NCBI RefSeq assembly: GCF_006345805.1
Contig: NC_043014.1
Coordinates: 5,394,001-5,458,000, forward strand
Source: Octopus sinensis
Lineage: Eukaryota
Direction: 5' to 3'
DNA: 64,000 nucleotides
Under the pieces are notes generated by a model. The model was not told where the DNA came from, did not search any database, and worked only from the letters and a program-made list of their open reading frames with translations. Shown piece by piece: positions 26,373-39,241 of this stretch (positions within the stretch are counted from its first letter, which is position 1; the number at the start of each line of letters is the position of its first letter). Position numbers and translations under genes: made by a program.

Positions 26373-26481
26373 TCTAATCATTGTTTTCCCAATTCATTAA
26401 TTCCCTGCCAAGAAATTCTCTCCCGCATGGTTCACCAATTATTTTCTTTTAAACTACATTGTTTCCTTCGCAATTTCACAG

Positions 26482-26556
26482 GACCCGTTCCTGGATCCCT
26501 GTATACCCGGTGGGGTAGAACAAAATGCCCAAGTAATTCCAGTCTGGTATACGATG
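26482..26556 (+). CDS. Paralog 2, exon 3 (PVPGSLYTRWGRTKCPSNSSLVYD)
   Basis: CAG/GTTAGT sites; 75 nt. Confidence 0.8.
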
Positions 26557-27778
26557 GTTAGTATATTCTGTTTCTAATTCTCTATCTCTATTCTTTCTTC
26601 TCCCTCTCTCTCTCTTCTTTCCTCTCTCCTCCCTCCTTCTTTCTGATCACACAAACGTTTGTCCTATATAGTATATCACGTTTTAAACGGCGATTAGAGA
26701 TTCTCTTGAGATTACACAAAACTACTTTCTCCGTTGTTGAATTTATTTGGTCATAGCGAAGAAGTATAAATGCCGTCAAGAATGATCACACGAACAGGAT
26801 CATCGAAATTACCCCCATGAACCCAACCACAGAATATAGTTACCCAAGGATGTATGCATTAACTACGCACTATTCCACCACTTAATCTCTCTAGTGCCTC
26901 ATGGTAATTCAATTCTGTGCTCTCCAGTCAGAAGACACAATTTTCCACCTCCTCCTCATCAACTTTTCTTTCTTTAAACGAGATTTGTTTTTGCTTGAAT
27001 TACGATGGAACAGACTTTTCCTGTCTATGACCGGACCCTCAACGGTTTCCTTAAAGGTTTCCCAATTCAGCCTAAACTGAACCTTACAAAACTTTCTCCA
27101 CTCGCTTTCCTTAAGACGTAAAATCACCCCAGTGATGCAGGAAATAAAGCCAACGCGACCATAACGTGTATCTTCACGTGACCTGTTCTCGACTAGCCGA
27201 GAGTTTCAGCTACGCTGTGCAGGATGTTCCGTTAAATAACTTTTAACTACCCATCGACTGTCAATACCCTGCACCTCACCGTGATCTTCTATTTTATATT
27301 GGTTAAAAATTCCTTGTATCGTTCTTCTATTTTCATCTCCGTTAAAACTTGAACAAAATCGTCTTTTCCATTTAAGAGGAAGTGCGTGACGTAACGGCCT
27401 TCCCTTCACACTCATCTGACATCTGCACACAACAATCTACAGCCATATATCTAGACATATTCATAAATATTACCTACACAAACAAGTTGGCGTACACCTA
27501 CAACATAAATATATATATATAACCATACAAACAAAACGTACACATTTAATGACAGTCAATGTTCAAACATACACACGTACACACTTAGACATAAACACAT
27601 ACACATACATACACACATAGACCCAATAACGTACAAACACTTATTTGTCTCTATTTATAATAACTAAGTTAAATTTGAATGTTTCTTTCCGATGGTTTCT
27701 TTTAATTTACCTTTCACTTATTTCACATATGACTTAACGTTATATTTTAATTACTTGTTATGTTCTTACCAATTCTAG

Positions 27779-28275
27779 GTGTGGTTGGTGGACAATATCA
27801 TGCCCATAGTGGTGGCGGAAGTAATCTCTTGTGTCTACCCAACGATCCGATTTGGGCCAATTATACGACAGAATTTGAAGACGTAGGTAACATTTATGGC
27901 AGTGAATATCAATTAGAACACTACCCAAAAAAAATATTTTCTTTTGCTAACGCTGAAACACTTCATGATCACGACGTTCCGTGTGCTGTTTGTTTGACGC
28001 GACAACCTGCTATTGTTATGATGTTACCAGCCAGGACACAGTGTTACCCTGGTTGGACAGCTGAGTATTCAGGATATTTGATGACCGAGTATTACGGACA
28101 TAAGGGCAGACATGAATATGTGTGTGTGGACTATGCACCAGAAGCTGATCCAGCAGGTTACAAAAACGAAAATGGAGTTTTATTATATTTCGTTCAGGCT
28201 GTTTGTGGTTCATTGCCATGTCCACCGTATGTCAATGGTCAAGAATTAACCTGCGTTGTGTGCAGTAAATATTGA
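27779..28275 (+). CDS. Paralog 2, exon 4, C4/NC1-like domain
   Basis: Open frame, conserved Cys pattern, ends CSKY-TGA. Confidence 0.85.
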
Positions 28276-30479
28276 AGGGAATCTAGTTGAATTTACTTCT
28301 CTATGAAAACTTATGTTAACCAATTACAAGACATAATATAATATCATAAAACAATATAGACATTTTAAATTCTGTTTGATAATATTTTATCGAAGTTATA
28401 TAAATCGTTAGAATAATTTGCGCTACTAGTTAACAGGAAAATATTATAATGGAGAGAAAATCGGCGCCAGAGAATCATGAGAATTATGCTTATAAAACAA
28501 TGCAAAGCTGAGTGAATAATTCTAGATAAACATTGTATAAGGATCAGTTCATAAAACTAAAATGTGGAAATAAAATTGTATTTCGTTTAACTGTATTCTG
28601 TGTTCTGTCTTAAATATCAATAAACCCCACTTGAACTAATATCATAGAAATATATGATGGTTCCATCATTTTTGAGAGGAATGTAAGTAGTAATCCTCTC
28701 ACCACCTATTTTGTTTTCACCTGTATCTATACCACCTCGTGACCCCGGCACAAGATTAGTTGACATCCTCATAACCTGAACACGTAACCCTCACACCTTG
28801 CACCATTTCCTAAACACTGATGCACAACAATCAGGAATGGAATCACCAGCGAGTATCGAATACGAATAATTCTCTCACTCAAAAGCAGAAAAATGGTAAC
28901 TTGGAGCAAAGATTTGCTTTACAACACTTACCACATACATAGAAAGCAGAGTAAAGACAGCAAAAGGACGTAGAAACATAATGAGGATAAGCAAAGTTAC
29001 TCTGTGTAAACTGTGTGATATGTTGAGACTGTTACACCACATCCAATAAGAAACATCACTATGTGTTAGTGTAGAATATTCCTTAGATTAAAGAGAAGAA
29101 GATGGATATTTGGGAGACACAACGTCTTTCATGCAAGTAATTGTGTGCCATAAGCTTGCCATTAAGAAAATGCATGTATGTAGACATTTATAATAGGAAT
29201 CAGCTTTAAAGGTATACATGTGTGTGTGCTTAACCCAATGAACCTTTTGGAAAATTCGGACAGCCAGAGACTGGGCCTTCAACGCAATCAAGAATGGAAG
29301 CTGCAGGACGATAAAAAATCCTGTCAAAGGACAAATTCCTTCAGTTGAGTCATCGTTCCTTGAACAACTTGGGGCGAAAGACTCTTGATCGATGGGATTG
29401 AAGGATTACGAATTGTTGTTAGAACATCTTTCAATAAGCTAAAGTCGTATAAAATATAATCCTGCAGTGGAATTGGTTTTCTGGTTGTCTACACTTCGTC
29501 TGTGCCACTGGTGTTAGTACAGCAGAACGGTTTATCCACTCAAAGCAAATTTACATTCAGGATCATCTTGGATTCTTGGAACGGTACATGGAGGGCAATG
29601 GAAAATTAATGAATGATTGAAGCTTTAAAAGCTGGGAGGTTGTAATTGTTAAGTCATAGGTGGCATGGAAGGATTTTGGTTACTTCATCTTCTATGATAA
29701 TGGGGGTATTTAGCAGCATCCCGAGTGACTGGGCAGCACACTTCAGTCATTGCATTGCTCACATTCTGGCGAATGGGTGCGAAAAAAGGTGGTTTAAAGA
29801 AAGTTTGAGACTACCAAACAGGTCAGCACTCCGAGTCTATTTGCTGTTCACTCATTCGGGGATAATACCAATATCCGACTTGAATCATGGACTGTCATTG
29901 GAGAGTCCTGAACAGCCCCATGTGACCGAAGGTGGAGGAACTGGCTATAGGAAACAGAAATTGAATGAACAGTGAGTTACCGTTGGTGGTGTTACTTCAA
30001 CAATCGTTTACGAATCAGTGCATGATGGGTATCGGACTTACGTTCGTGTAGCGCAGAGTGCGTTTTGTGTTGACATATATTTCTGCGATAGGTTACTTTT
30101 AGATAGTCACAACCAACAATTTATTTGTTTAATACCATCATACACCAGACGTGTATAACTACGTCATAATATTTTCAGCGATCGAAGTTATTCGAATCTC
30201 AAACCGGACCGATTTTTCTCTTCACATGAGAGCTTTACTAGCCTCGGTAATTTATTTACATTAACATAATCAGCAAAAGCAATAAAGATAAAGACAACAG
30301 CCGTTGGAATTACAGAAACAGCAAAAACAGCAATAAAAACATTTGAGAAGTAACATCAATTGTTAGTACAACTGATGAGAAATGAGAAATGAGAAATGAG
30401 AATCGTAGCTACGTTCGAGAGGCATAGAATGCGTTCTCTTTTAATAAATATTTCTGCGATAGGTGCTGTTCGAATTATG

Positions 30480-30780
30480 GAATTCGCCTGGAAATAGACT
30501 TTGTCAAAACGTTATGGGGGTCGTCCAGTTGTCATATAGAAGTGAAAAATGTGATCCCTGACTGTTGAAATTAGAAAAATAAATATGCGTTTGGCAGAAC
30601 GCAACACGGATTCTGACTTTAGACAATGTGCGAATGTACCCACAAAAAATCGAAGAACCGGTCACACTACAGAAATGAATGTTAAAAGAAATTCACATTG
30701 TTCACCCGTGGATTTTAAGAATGAATTTGTGTTGAGAAGCTATGTGTATTGGCCAGAAATGGATTGAGTGTTTGAAGAAC
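30480..30780 (+). mobile_element. Ty3/Gypsy pol remnant (integrase Zn-binding region)
   Basis: TLQK*MLKEIHIVHP..RM..LRSYVYWPEMD, cf. LKELH.GHPGI.RMK.L.RSYVYWP.MD. Confidence 0.6.
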
Positions 30781-31561
30781 TTTTGTGCCTCAAATGGCCT
30801 TTGGATACTTCCATGTTAGAATGGGTTTCAATCAAAGAAAGTTTAATTCTATCATTTAATTAGTTAATACACAAATGCATAAAAATATTTTAAAATTCCA
30901 TTAGACATTCTGAAAAACTATTAAATTTCATTCAATTTTAAAAACAGTAAAATCGGACAGAACTTATGGGATGACCTGATACACACACAGACATAGACAT
31001 ATACAGATACACAGAGACACAGAGAAACACAGAGATACACTCAAACACACGCGCACACACACACACATATACACACACACACATACACACACATACACAC
31101 ACACACACACACTAATATATACGTACATAAACTGCATCCGGGAGTGGGAAAACATGGTACGAATATTCCTGGGATTTGAGGGATGTGGAAGCACCTTTTA
31201 CCCACTAATATTCCCAGATCTAACATGACCCAGGGTAGTAGGACATGTTAGGGTCCCAGCTAGGATTCACCCTAACCAGATCTAGTACATCCCCAATCCC
31301 AATGGTGCCACTGTTGAGGGCAGGTAGCCACGTGCGGGAGCGTTGTAACCGTTGTAATCTCAAAATAAAATCATGCAAATGTCATCTGTGGCTTGAATAA
31401 TAAGTCTCTTTCAGTCAGTGTCGCTCGCTACAGATTAATCATTCGGGTACAAGTCAATACCGACGACGACTCATATACAGTGAGGCCCCCACCCGGCTGT
31501 TCTCGGCGTCCTGCATGTTGGAATACCAGAATTCTAACAAATTCAAAAATTGTATGATACT

Positions 31562-31637
<76 letters not shown>

Positions 31638-32059
31638 ACACATACACACACAAGCAAACATACACACACACACACACACAAACGCACTCACGCACACACA
31701 CACACATACGCACAGAAGACATTTTGACAAACATAAATTTGTCGTCAGCAGAAATATTCTAATAAGATTCAGTGTAAATAAAATGGAATAATCTTTAACA
31801 TCATGTTTGTTATGAAGTAACCAATAAAAACACTAGACTGCATTAAATAAAGCTTTGCAGTTACAGTCTGTACAGATGTTGAACGGACAATGTAGTCCCC
31901 TACATGAATATTACAGCAGATTCGCAAAAATAAAGAAGTAAACATTAAGAAATAAATAAATAAGAATTCTCCAACAAATTGGCATTTGTTTTCAGTTTAC
32001 AAATTTGTGCTGAAGTCAGTAAAATATTCTGCTGACTGTTCTGTGTTAATCATGGATCA

Positions 32060-32290
32060 TCTCCATCCAATCACAAAATGTGTCATTTAAAAGGTGACAC
32101 CCACAATTATTGTAACATCAATCTGATTGGTTCCTGAATTTACGATTAGATTTTCGGCGGGGTTGGGTTGTGGAGGGGGAAAAATATCAAAAAGCCGGAG
32201 TCAAACGTTAACAATTTTCAGTTACGATCCCAAAGCGAGAAGCTCACACTTATAAACTCCAGCTTACATCAACTTCAGATTTATCATTAA
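32060..32290 (+). promoter_or_regulatory. Putative Pol II promoter of paralog 3
   Basis: CCAAT (~32066), inverted CCAAT (ATTGG ~32126), GC-box-like GGCGGG (~32156), TATAAA at 32251-32256 and Inr-like TCAGATT/TCATT just downstream. Confidence 0.45.
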
Positions 32291-32333
32291 ACGAAAACGA
32301 AATAACAGGCTGCACGGACGACCGAAAACCGCA

Positions 32334-32477
32334 ATGGAAATCGCTAAGGTGGGGAAGATCATTTGGCAGAGGTTTTCCGTTTCTTCTTTCATAACTTTTG
32401 GACTGTTTCTCGTGTTGACCATCACGATTCTTCATTTCGATGCAAGGACCAGAAAGATAGAAGAGAAATCAACCGCA
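32334..32477 (+). CDS. Paralog 3, exon 1 (48 aa, signal-anchor)
   Basis: MEIAKVGKIIWQRFSVSSFITFGLFLVLTITILHFDARTRKIEEKSTA followed by GTAAGT. Confidence 0.7.
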
Positions 32478-32664
32478 GTAAGTACAGGACACCTGAAGTT
32501 TCTATATTTTAGATGCAAGAAATGTATACGTATATCCATCCATCCATCCATCCATACATCCATACATATATAGACACATGTATATAGACACATGTATATA
32601 TATGTATTGATTTATATATATATATAAATATATATATATATATGTGTGTGTGTGGGGGGTTATG

Positions 32665-32700
<36 letters not shown>

Positions 32701-33000
32701 TATCTATATATCTATATATATATTTATGTACATATATGTTCATACATACACATACACACACAAACAAACACACATCATCTCTACACATTCCCTTCTCTCT
32801 CTTCGGTTCTTCTCAATCTCTCTCCCTTTTTATCCTCTTAATCTATTTTACCCCTTAATCCTTTCTGTCGAAAAGCGTGCGGTCGAAATACAAAAACTTC
32901 TTCCATTCTACCCGAGCGTTGAACTTAATGGATTTGCTTGTGGATTGTACACCTGTCCTTGTCTTTTGTTTTCTGTAAATTTGATATCTCTCTCTCATTC

Positions 33001-33045
<45 letters not shown>

Positions 33046-33050
33046 GTGTT

Positions 33051-33083
<33 letters not shown>

Positions 33084-33179
33084 ATCTATCAATCTATCTA
33101 TGTATCTATCTATCTATGTATTTATCTATCTATTTATCTCTTCATCTAGCTATGTATCAATTTCTCTCTCCCTCTCTCT

Positions 33180-33217
<38 letters not shown>

Positions 33218-33695
33218 GAACGCATTCTTTCAGCTTCCATTTAGAACAGAGGCTTCTTAAGTGGAGCCAGGCCTGCACCTACAGAAATCGATCCCATGCC
33301 GGCAAGCGAACTCTGACCGGCTGAACGATAGCTAGGAATTATATGTGTGTACATATCACATGCACACACACAATTCTTATATATTTCAGCCAGTATAGGC
33401 CCAGGCTATGTATAACTTAATAGCACCAACTGGTGAAGCAGTTTAGAATCTGATTCCCATCTCAGTCATAAGACTTTTTAATGTTGGAGACATATCGGGT
33501 GTTGGAGGTTGGTCGAAGAGTTTTGGGGGGAAAATTTGTCCCTAGAAATTTTGAATTTTATGGAATCTCTTTTCGCTTTAACGTATTCTGCTATAATATT
33601 AAAGAGAGCTGGACCGGTTGAGGTAAAGTATTCGTGTTATATACACATATACATACATATATACATATATGTATAGATATACATACATATATATA

Positions 33696-34967
33696 TCTCT
33701 TATTATAAAAGGCAGATTTTATCTGCCTCCCTTTGGGAGTTATACAAATCTACAATATAGGATTTCTTCAATTACAATTTACCTAGCATTTTTAAGAGTA
33801 CAATACATCGCGTCATGGCAGGTCCAGTTTTTAAAATTTAAACTCCAATTAAGCAAAATTTACAGAAAACTCACATTCTGGTGTGTGTGTCAAATGCTTT
33901 TCTTAGTCTGGTTTTCACCACACGCAAACGCACACACACAGTGTGCGACGAATAAAATGAAAGTAAATAGCGACAGAGTGATTTGAGGAAGACTAAAGTG
34001 AAAGTATTTAAACCACTACTCAAAAAATAAAAAAACACAGCAAACAGAAACAAATAAATACACAATTTCTTCAATTAGAGTTTACCTAAGATTTTTCAGA
34101 GTACTTCAGTGGGTGATGCCATAAAAAATTTCTTTCAATTTTACCACCAATTAAGACAAAATTCGACAAAACTCAATATTTTAACATATCACTCCGAAAG
34201 CATTGATGTACATGTGTGCGTGCGTGAGTGTGTGTGTGTCATTCCTCACACACACGCATACACATACATATACAACTACATACAACTACATACACATACA
34301 ACTACATACAAACACGTGTGTGTTTGTTATTAGTAAAAAAGGCGCCAAATCACAACTCACTTATCATTCCAACACATTTGCAAAGACACACGGACGGACA
34401 GAAAAGGTAAATTGGTTTTTATTTTACTCATTTCCTATTGTGTTTTCAAAATTTGTAATTCTGACAAAAAATGGATACGAATTTCATTATATCAAGCCGC
34501 GAGTCAGAATTCGAAGGATTTTCTACTGAAGACCTTCATAAATCTAACTCTATGACTGAAAAAAAAAAAGCATCTTTATATAAGAGTGAAGTTGTGTGTC
34601 TGTCTCCTACGATTTAGATTCCTAACTACTCCCACATTTTGCGGTGCAGTTTAACCAAAAGCGGGTATCTTATAGTCGTGATTCATATCGAGAGTTTCTG
34701 GGTATTAGCGTGCGTCTACGATGAGTCTACGATTTAAAAAAAAATTACCATCATATTTTTCCATTTTAATGCATTTTTTTCGCTTTTATATAAGGGAAGT
34801 AACTCTCTAAAAATATCTACGATGTGTCAACAATTTTAAAAAAAATTTACCTTAATTTTTTTTCAATTTTTAATGCATTTTTTTGCTATTTTTTGGCTAT
34901 AACTCTCTAAAAATGCTTATATAGTTATTTCCCTTACAACCCGAGCAACGCCGGGCGATAATGCTAG
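33696..34967 (+). mobile_element. Non-autonomous Helitron (possibly composite; second TC head at 34573), specific to paralog 3 intron 1
   Basis: A|TC 5' end, hairpin CCCGAGCAACGCCGGG at 34940-34955, CTAG|T 3' end, no TSD; absent at the equivalent site in paralog 4 (~49500). Confidence 0.75.
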
Positions 34968-35107
34968 TATATAAATATATACATATATATATATTTATAT
35001 ATATATATATATAAAAATATATCATATATAAAAATATATATGTATAATATATAATATATATGTATATATATATGCATGTTTTATATATAAATATATTATA
35101 TATATGC

Positions 35108-35171
<64 letters not shown>

Positions 35172-35222
35172 TTATATATATCTGTATGCATACATACATA
35201 CATATCTCTCTCTCTCTATATA

Positions 35223-35444
35223 TTTTTTTTTTTTTTTTTTTTTTTTGTACTTGTTTCAGTCATTTGACTGCGGCCATGCTGGAGCACCGCCTTTAGAGTA
35301 CAGCAGGGATCACCACCTCCTGCCGGAGCCTCGTGGAGCTTTTAGGTGTTTTTTTTCGCTCAATAAACACACACAACGCCCGGTCTGGGAATCGAAACCG
35401 CGATCCTCCGACCGCAAGTCCGCTGCCCTAACCACTAGGCCATT
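35223..35444 (-). mobile_element. tRNA-derived SINE with poly(A) tail
   Basis: Minus strand TGGCCTAGTGG (A box), GGTTTCGATTCCC (B box), body, then A-tail. Confidence 0.8.
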
Positions 35445-35468
35445 ATATATATATATATATATATATAT

Positions 35469-35515
<47 letters not shown>

Positions 35516-35686
35516 CATACATACGCTTACACACAACTATATAAAATTACGTTTCGTATATATATCTACTAACATATTAATGGATGGACGATTTTTAATG
35601 TGTTTAGAGAGATCGATAGACAGAACTATCGATCGTTTGATAAATAGATATATTGGTAGATAGGTGGACAGCCTGACTGAGTGTTT

Positions 35687-35750
<64 letters not shown>

Positions 35751-35794
35751 TATAGATATATTGGTAGATATGTAGACAGACTGATTGAGAGTTT

Positions 35795-35870
<76 letters not shown>

Positions 35871-36360
35871 CATAGAAAGATCGATTGATTGGATAGTTTC
35901 ATTCACTCGTGGTTATAAATGTCAGGAAGTTGTAGATCGATTCCTTACAAGCCAGTGATGAACAGGTTCCGAATTCATGGACCTCGAAAGGATAAAGACA
36001 AGGCGCGACTACGCGGAATTTGATCATTATCTTGAAATAATCAGTATTGTAGATGACAATTATAAAAGCCCCCAGAAAGGTTATGCGATAGATAGTATTG
36101 CAAAATAGAAAGCAATGAATTTGTCAATTACTATACGTAGCAAAGACATAGGATTAGAAAAATGTAAGTTAGTTTACAAGTCAATAATGAATTGTGTTCC
36201 ATGTTGTAAGATAGAGATTGACATTTCTTGCTGAAATATTTTAAATAAAAAGGCCTTAAATATGTACGTCTGCCGCTTTCGTGTGCATACATAAATGAAC
36301 ATGTATGAATGTATCGCTTCATGTATATATTCGAATGTGCGTACACATACACACATACAC

Positions 36361-36392
<32 letters not shown>

Positions 36393-36700
36393 GCACACAC
36401 AAACAAACACACACACACACAAACAGACACACACACACACACAAACAGACACACACGCACACATATATGTATGTATTTATTTCTGGATGTATTTTTTCCT
36501 ATCTAGATTTAGCTCAGAGCTGCGTCCATGATGATGCACCATACATACATACATACATACATACATACATACATACATACATTCATACATACATACATTC
36601 ATACATACACATATACATACATACATATATGCACCCATCCATACATACATACATAAGTACATACATACACCCATACATATATGCATACATACACGTATAC

Positions 36701-36731
<31 letters not shown>

Positions 36732-37370
36732 CATACATACATACATACATACATACATTCATGCATACATACATACATACATACATACATACATACATAC
36801 ATACATTCATGCATACATATATAGATGTACCCATAGACACACAGACACAATGACACACGCATACACACACAGAGGTGCACAGAACTATAGATACATACAC
36901 TATGGTCTGTTTCTTCGGATGACGTTTTCGTGCTTAATTGCCGAAGAATTCCTTGGATGATTTGTTTCCAGAACTCCCTCCGTCAAATTAATGAACAGGT
37001 CCAGAAATGTTCCAAACGATCAGTTGTCGATATATTTGCAGTGCAATTCAAATAGTTTTGCCCAAGAACACAACGCCCAGCCGTGTCCCTGAATCGAACG
37101 TACAACCCTTTGTTCGTGAGTTTAAAACCTGAAGCACTAAACCACGTTGAAATATTTTAGCGTATATAAATATATGCATCTATCCCTATAAGGCAGACTT
37201 ACATAAACGTACAAACACGCCTTCACATGCGGAAAGATACACACAAACGCATATATATCGGCTTGTTGGACCGCTCAATTCCGCACAGATCTTTTCCCGT
37301 GAAAATAAATATCTTTTCCATTGAAAGAAAAATAAAAGTCTCCAAAACCATGTTTCTCTCACTATACGTC

Positions 37371-38012
37371 AACATGCATGAAGAATGTAGCAAATACTTT
37401 TGGGAAAACGGTTGTTCCAGTTTGTAAATCTACAAGTAGAAGGGTAGATATCCCAGTATTAATTGATTTCGCTTTCTGTGTCGAATTGGCACCCAAAGCT
37501 CTACGTAATTTATTTTTTAAAATGTATTTAACTTTCCGTACTGGTTTGTTCAGCTGAAGGCACCGTCACGTCCGAACGAACATTAGCGAGCAAGTATAAA
37601 TTCAAAATTCAAATAAGTTACCATCATCTAAAAAAACTATTGATAAAATGGCCAACGAACATAATCTAAATATGAAAATATATATGAGAAGTCAGGGTAC
37701 AGTAAGTAACTATTTGCATGAAAGAAGAATGAAATTCCAAAACCACGTATCTCTCAATATATGTAAACACGCACGAAGAATGGTGCAAATACTCTAAGAA
37801 ATTTTAATTTATGTTTGTTTGCCATTGTTGATTTCGGAAGTCGAAAGCCTTCAACTGAATAAAGGTACACAGAAAGGTAAATATATTTTTAAAAGTAGGT
37901 TACGTAGAAAGCGAAATGAATTGATGCTGGGATATCTACCCACCTGTTTGTAGATTTACAAACTGGAAGATTAGTTTTTCTAAATGCATTTGCAACATTC
38001 TCCGTGCGTGTT
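37371..38012. mobile_element. MITE-like element with ~100-bp imperfect terminal inverted repeats (paralog 3 intron 1)
   Basis: 37371-37480 is the reverse complement of ~37905-38012 (e.g. ttccagtttgtaaatctacaa / ttgtagatttacaaactggaa). Confidence 0.6.
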
Positions 38013-38298
38013 TTCGTTCGTTAGGCTTAATTAACTCTCATCGTGATGGGTTTGCTTTTGCCATATAAAAGCATGAAATAAAGGAGTACCCGATGCACAG
38101 AGGAGACAAGAAAGCGGTAAGCCACCAAGATGTAACACAACGATGAAAATTTGGTGGAATTAACAATGAAGTTGTCTCCTGCATCTTCAAAAGAAGCTGT
38201 CCAAAAGTGCCATTATTGTATTGCTTAGCTTTAAATTCTAAACATTGATGAATTTTCTGAAAATCTATTTCTATGATGTTATTTCTATTTTTCCACAG

Positions 38299-38350
38299 AA
38301 CCGTTTCCTTTCCAAGAAATCTCTGGATGACAAAGCTGTTCACACGCCAA
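38299..38350 (+). CDS. Paralog 3, exon 2 (NRFLSKKSLDDKAVHTP+1); donor reads ATAAGA instead of GTAAGA
   Basis: Homologous to 53307-53358 with CAG acceptor intact; donor G>A change is a real lesion or an assembly error. Confidence 0.6.
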
Positions 38351-38573
38351 ATAAGAACTAATTTCATATCGTGCAAGATAAAAACGTATTATTACCGGAT
38401 TAAATATTATAAAATATTCTGTTTCAATCTCTTTTAGATAAATTCATTTAAGTGTGTCTCCTCACCTACTGGCTTCTAATTCTTTTCGGGTTCCATTCAT
38501 TTTTCATTACTTACCCTATCTGCTCAACGAAATACACAACTTGAAGGTGGATGCTTAAATGAATTTGGAAATA

Positions 38574-39241
38574 TAACCCTCTTATGCTATGATATTAACT
38601 ATGTTTATATGAGTTTATATGCAGGACCACGTCAATAAATGAAAGCAATTTTGTGTACATGTTAGACTATAATCTGGAAAAAAGTATGTAAGAAATATTT
38701 TCAGTTCAGATCTAATGTTAGTGTAAGCAATAAGAAATTGTAGGGTTTACCCTGTGTTGGAGTAAGAAACCGAATCAATAAAACCATCCACATATTGTTG
38801 TTGCTCAGTAATTCTGCAAGTCTGGTGGTTGTAGAGACACCAGGCACCTGTCTTCGAGTGCCATTCCAGAGGGAAGCAATTTTTATTAAGATTACCGGTT
38901 TAGTTGAAATGTGACCCTCCTATGCTATGATATATGTTTATATGAGTTTATATGCAGGACCACGTCAATAATTGAAAGCAATTTTGTGTACATGTAAGAC
39001 TATAATCTGGAAATAAGTATGTAAGAAATATTTTCATTTCAGATCTAATGTTAGTGTAAGCAATAAAAAAATTTTAGGGTTAACTCCGTGTTGTAGTAAG
39101 AAACCGAATCAATAAAACCATCGATATATTGTTGTTGCTCAGTAATTCTGTGAGTCTGGTGGTTGTAGAGAAACCAGGCACCTATCTTTGACTGACATTC
39201 CAGAGGGAAGCAATTGTTATTAAGATTACCGGTTTAGTTGA
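38574..39241 (+). repeat. ~337-bp tandem duplication in paralog 3 intron 2
   Basis: accctc.tatgctatgatat...ttattaagattaccggtttagttga occurs twice (38574, 38911). Confidence 0.85.

Noticed and set aside
28640-30030. Gene in the complex 3' flank (ORFs 29088, 44509, 57089)
   Set aside because: ORF ends vary between copies and no recognisable motif; probably an unidentified decayed element.
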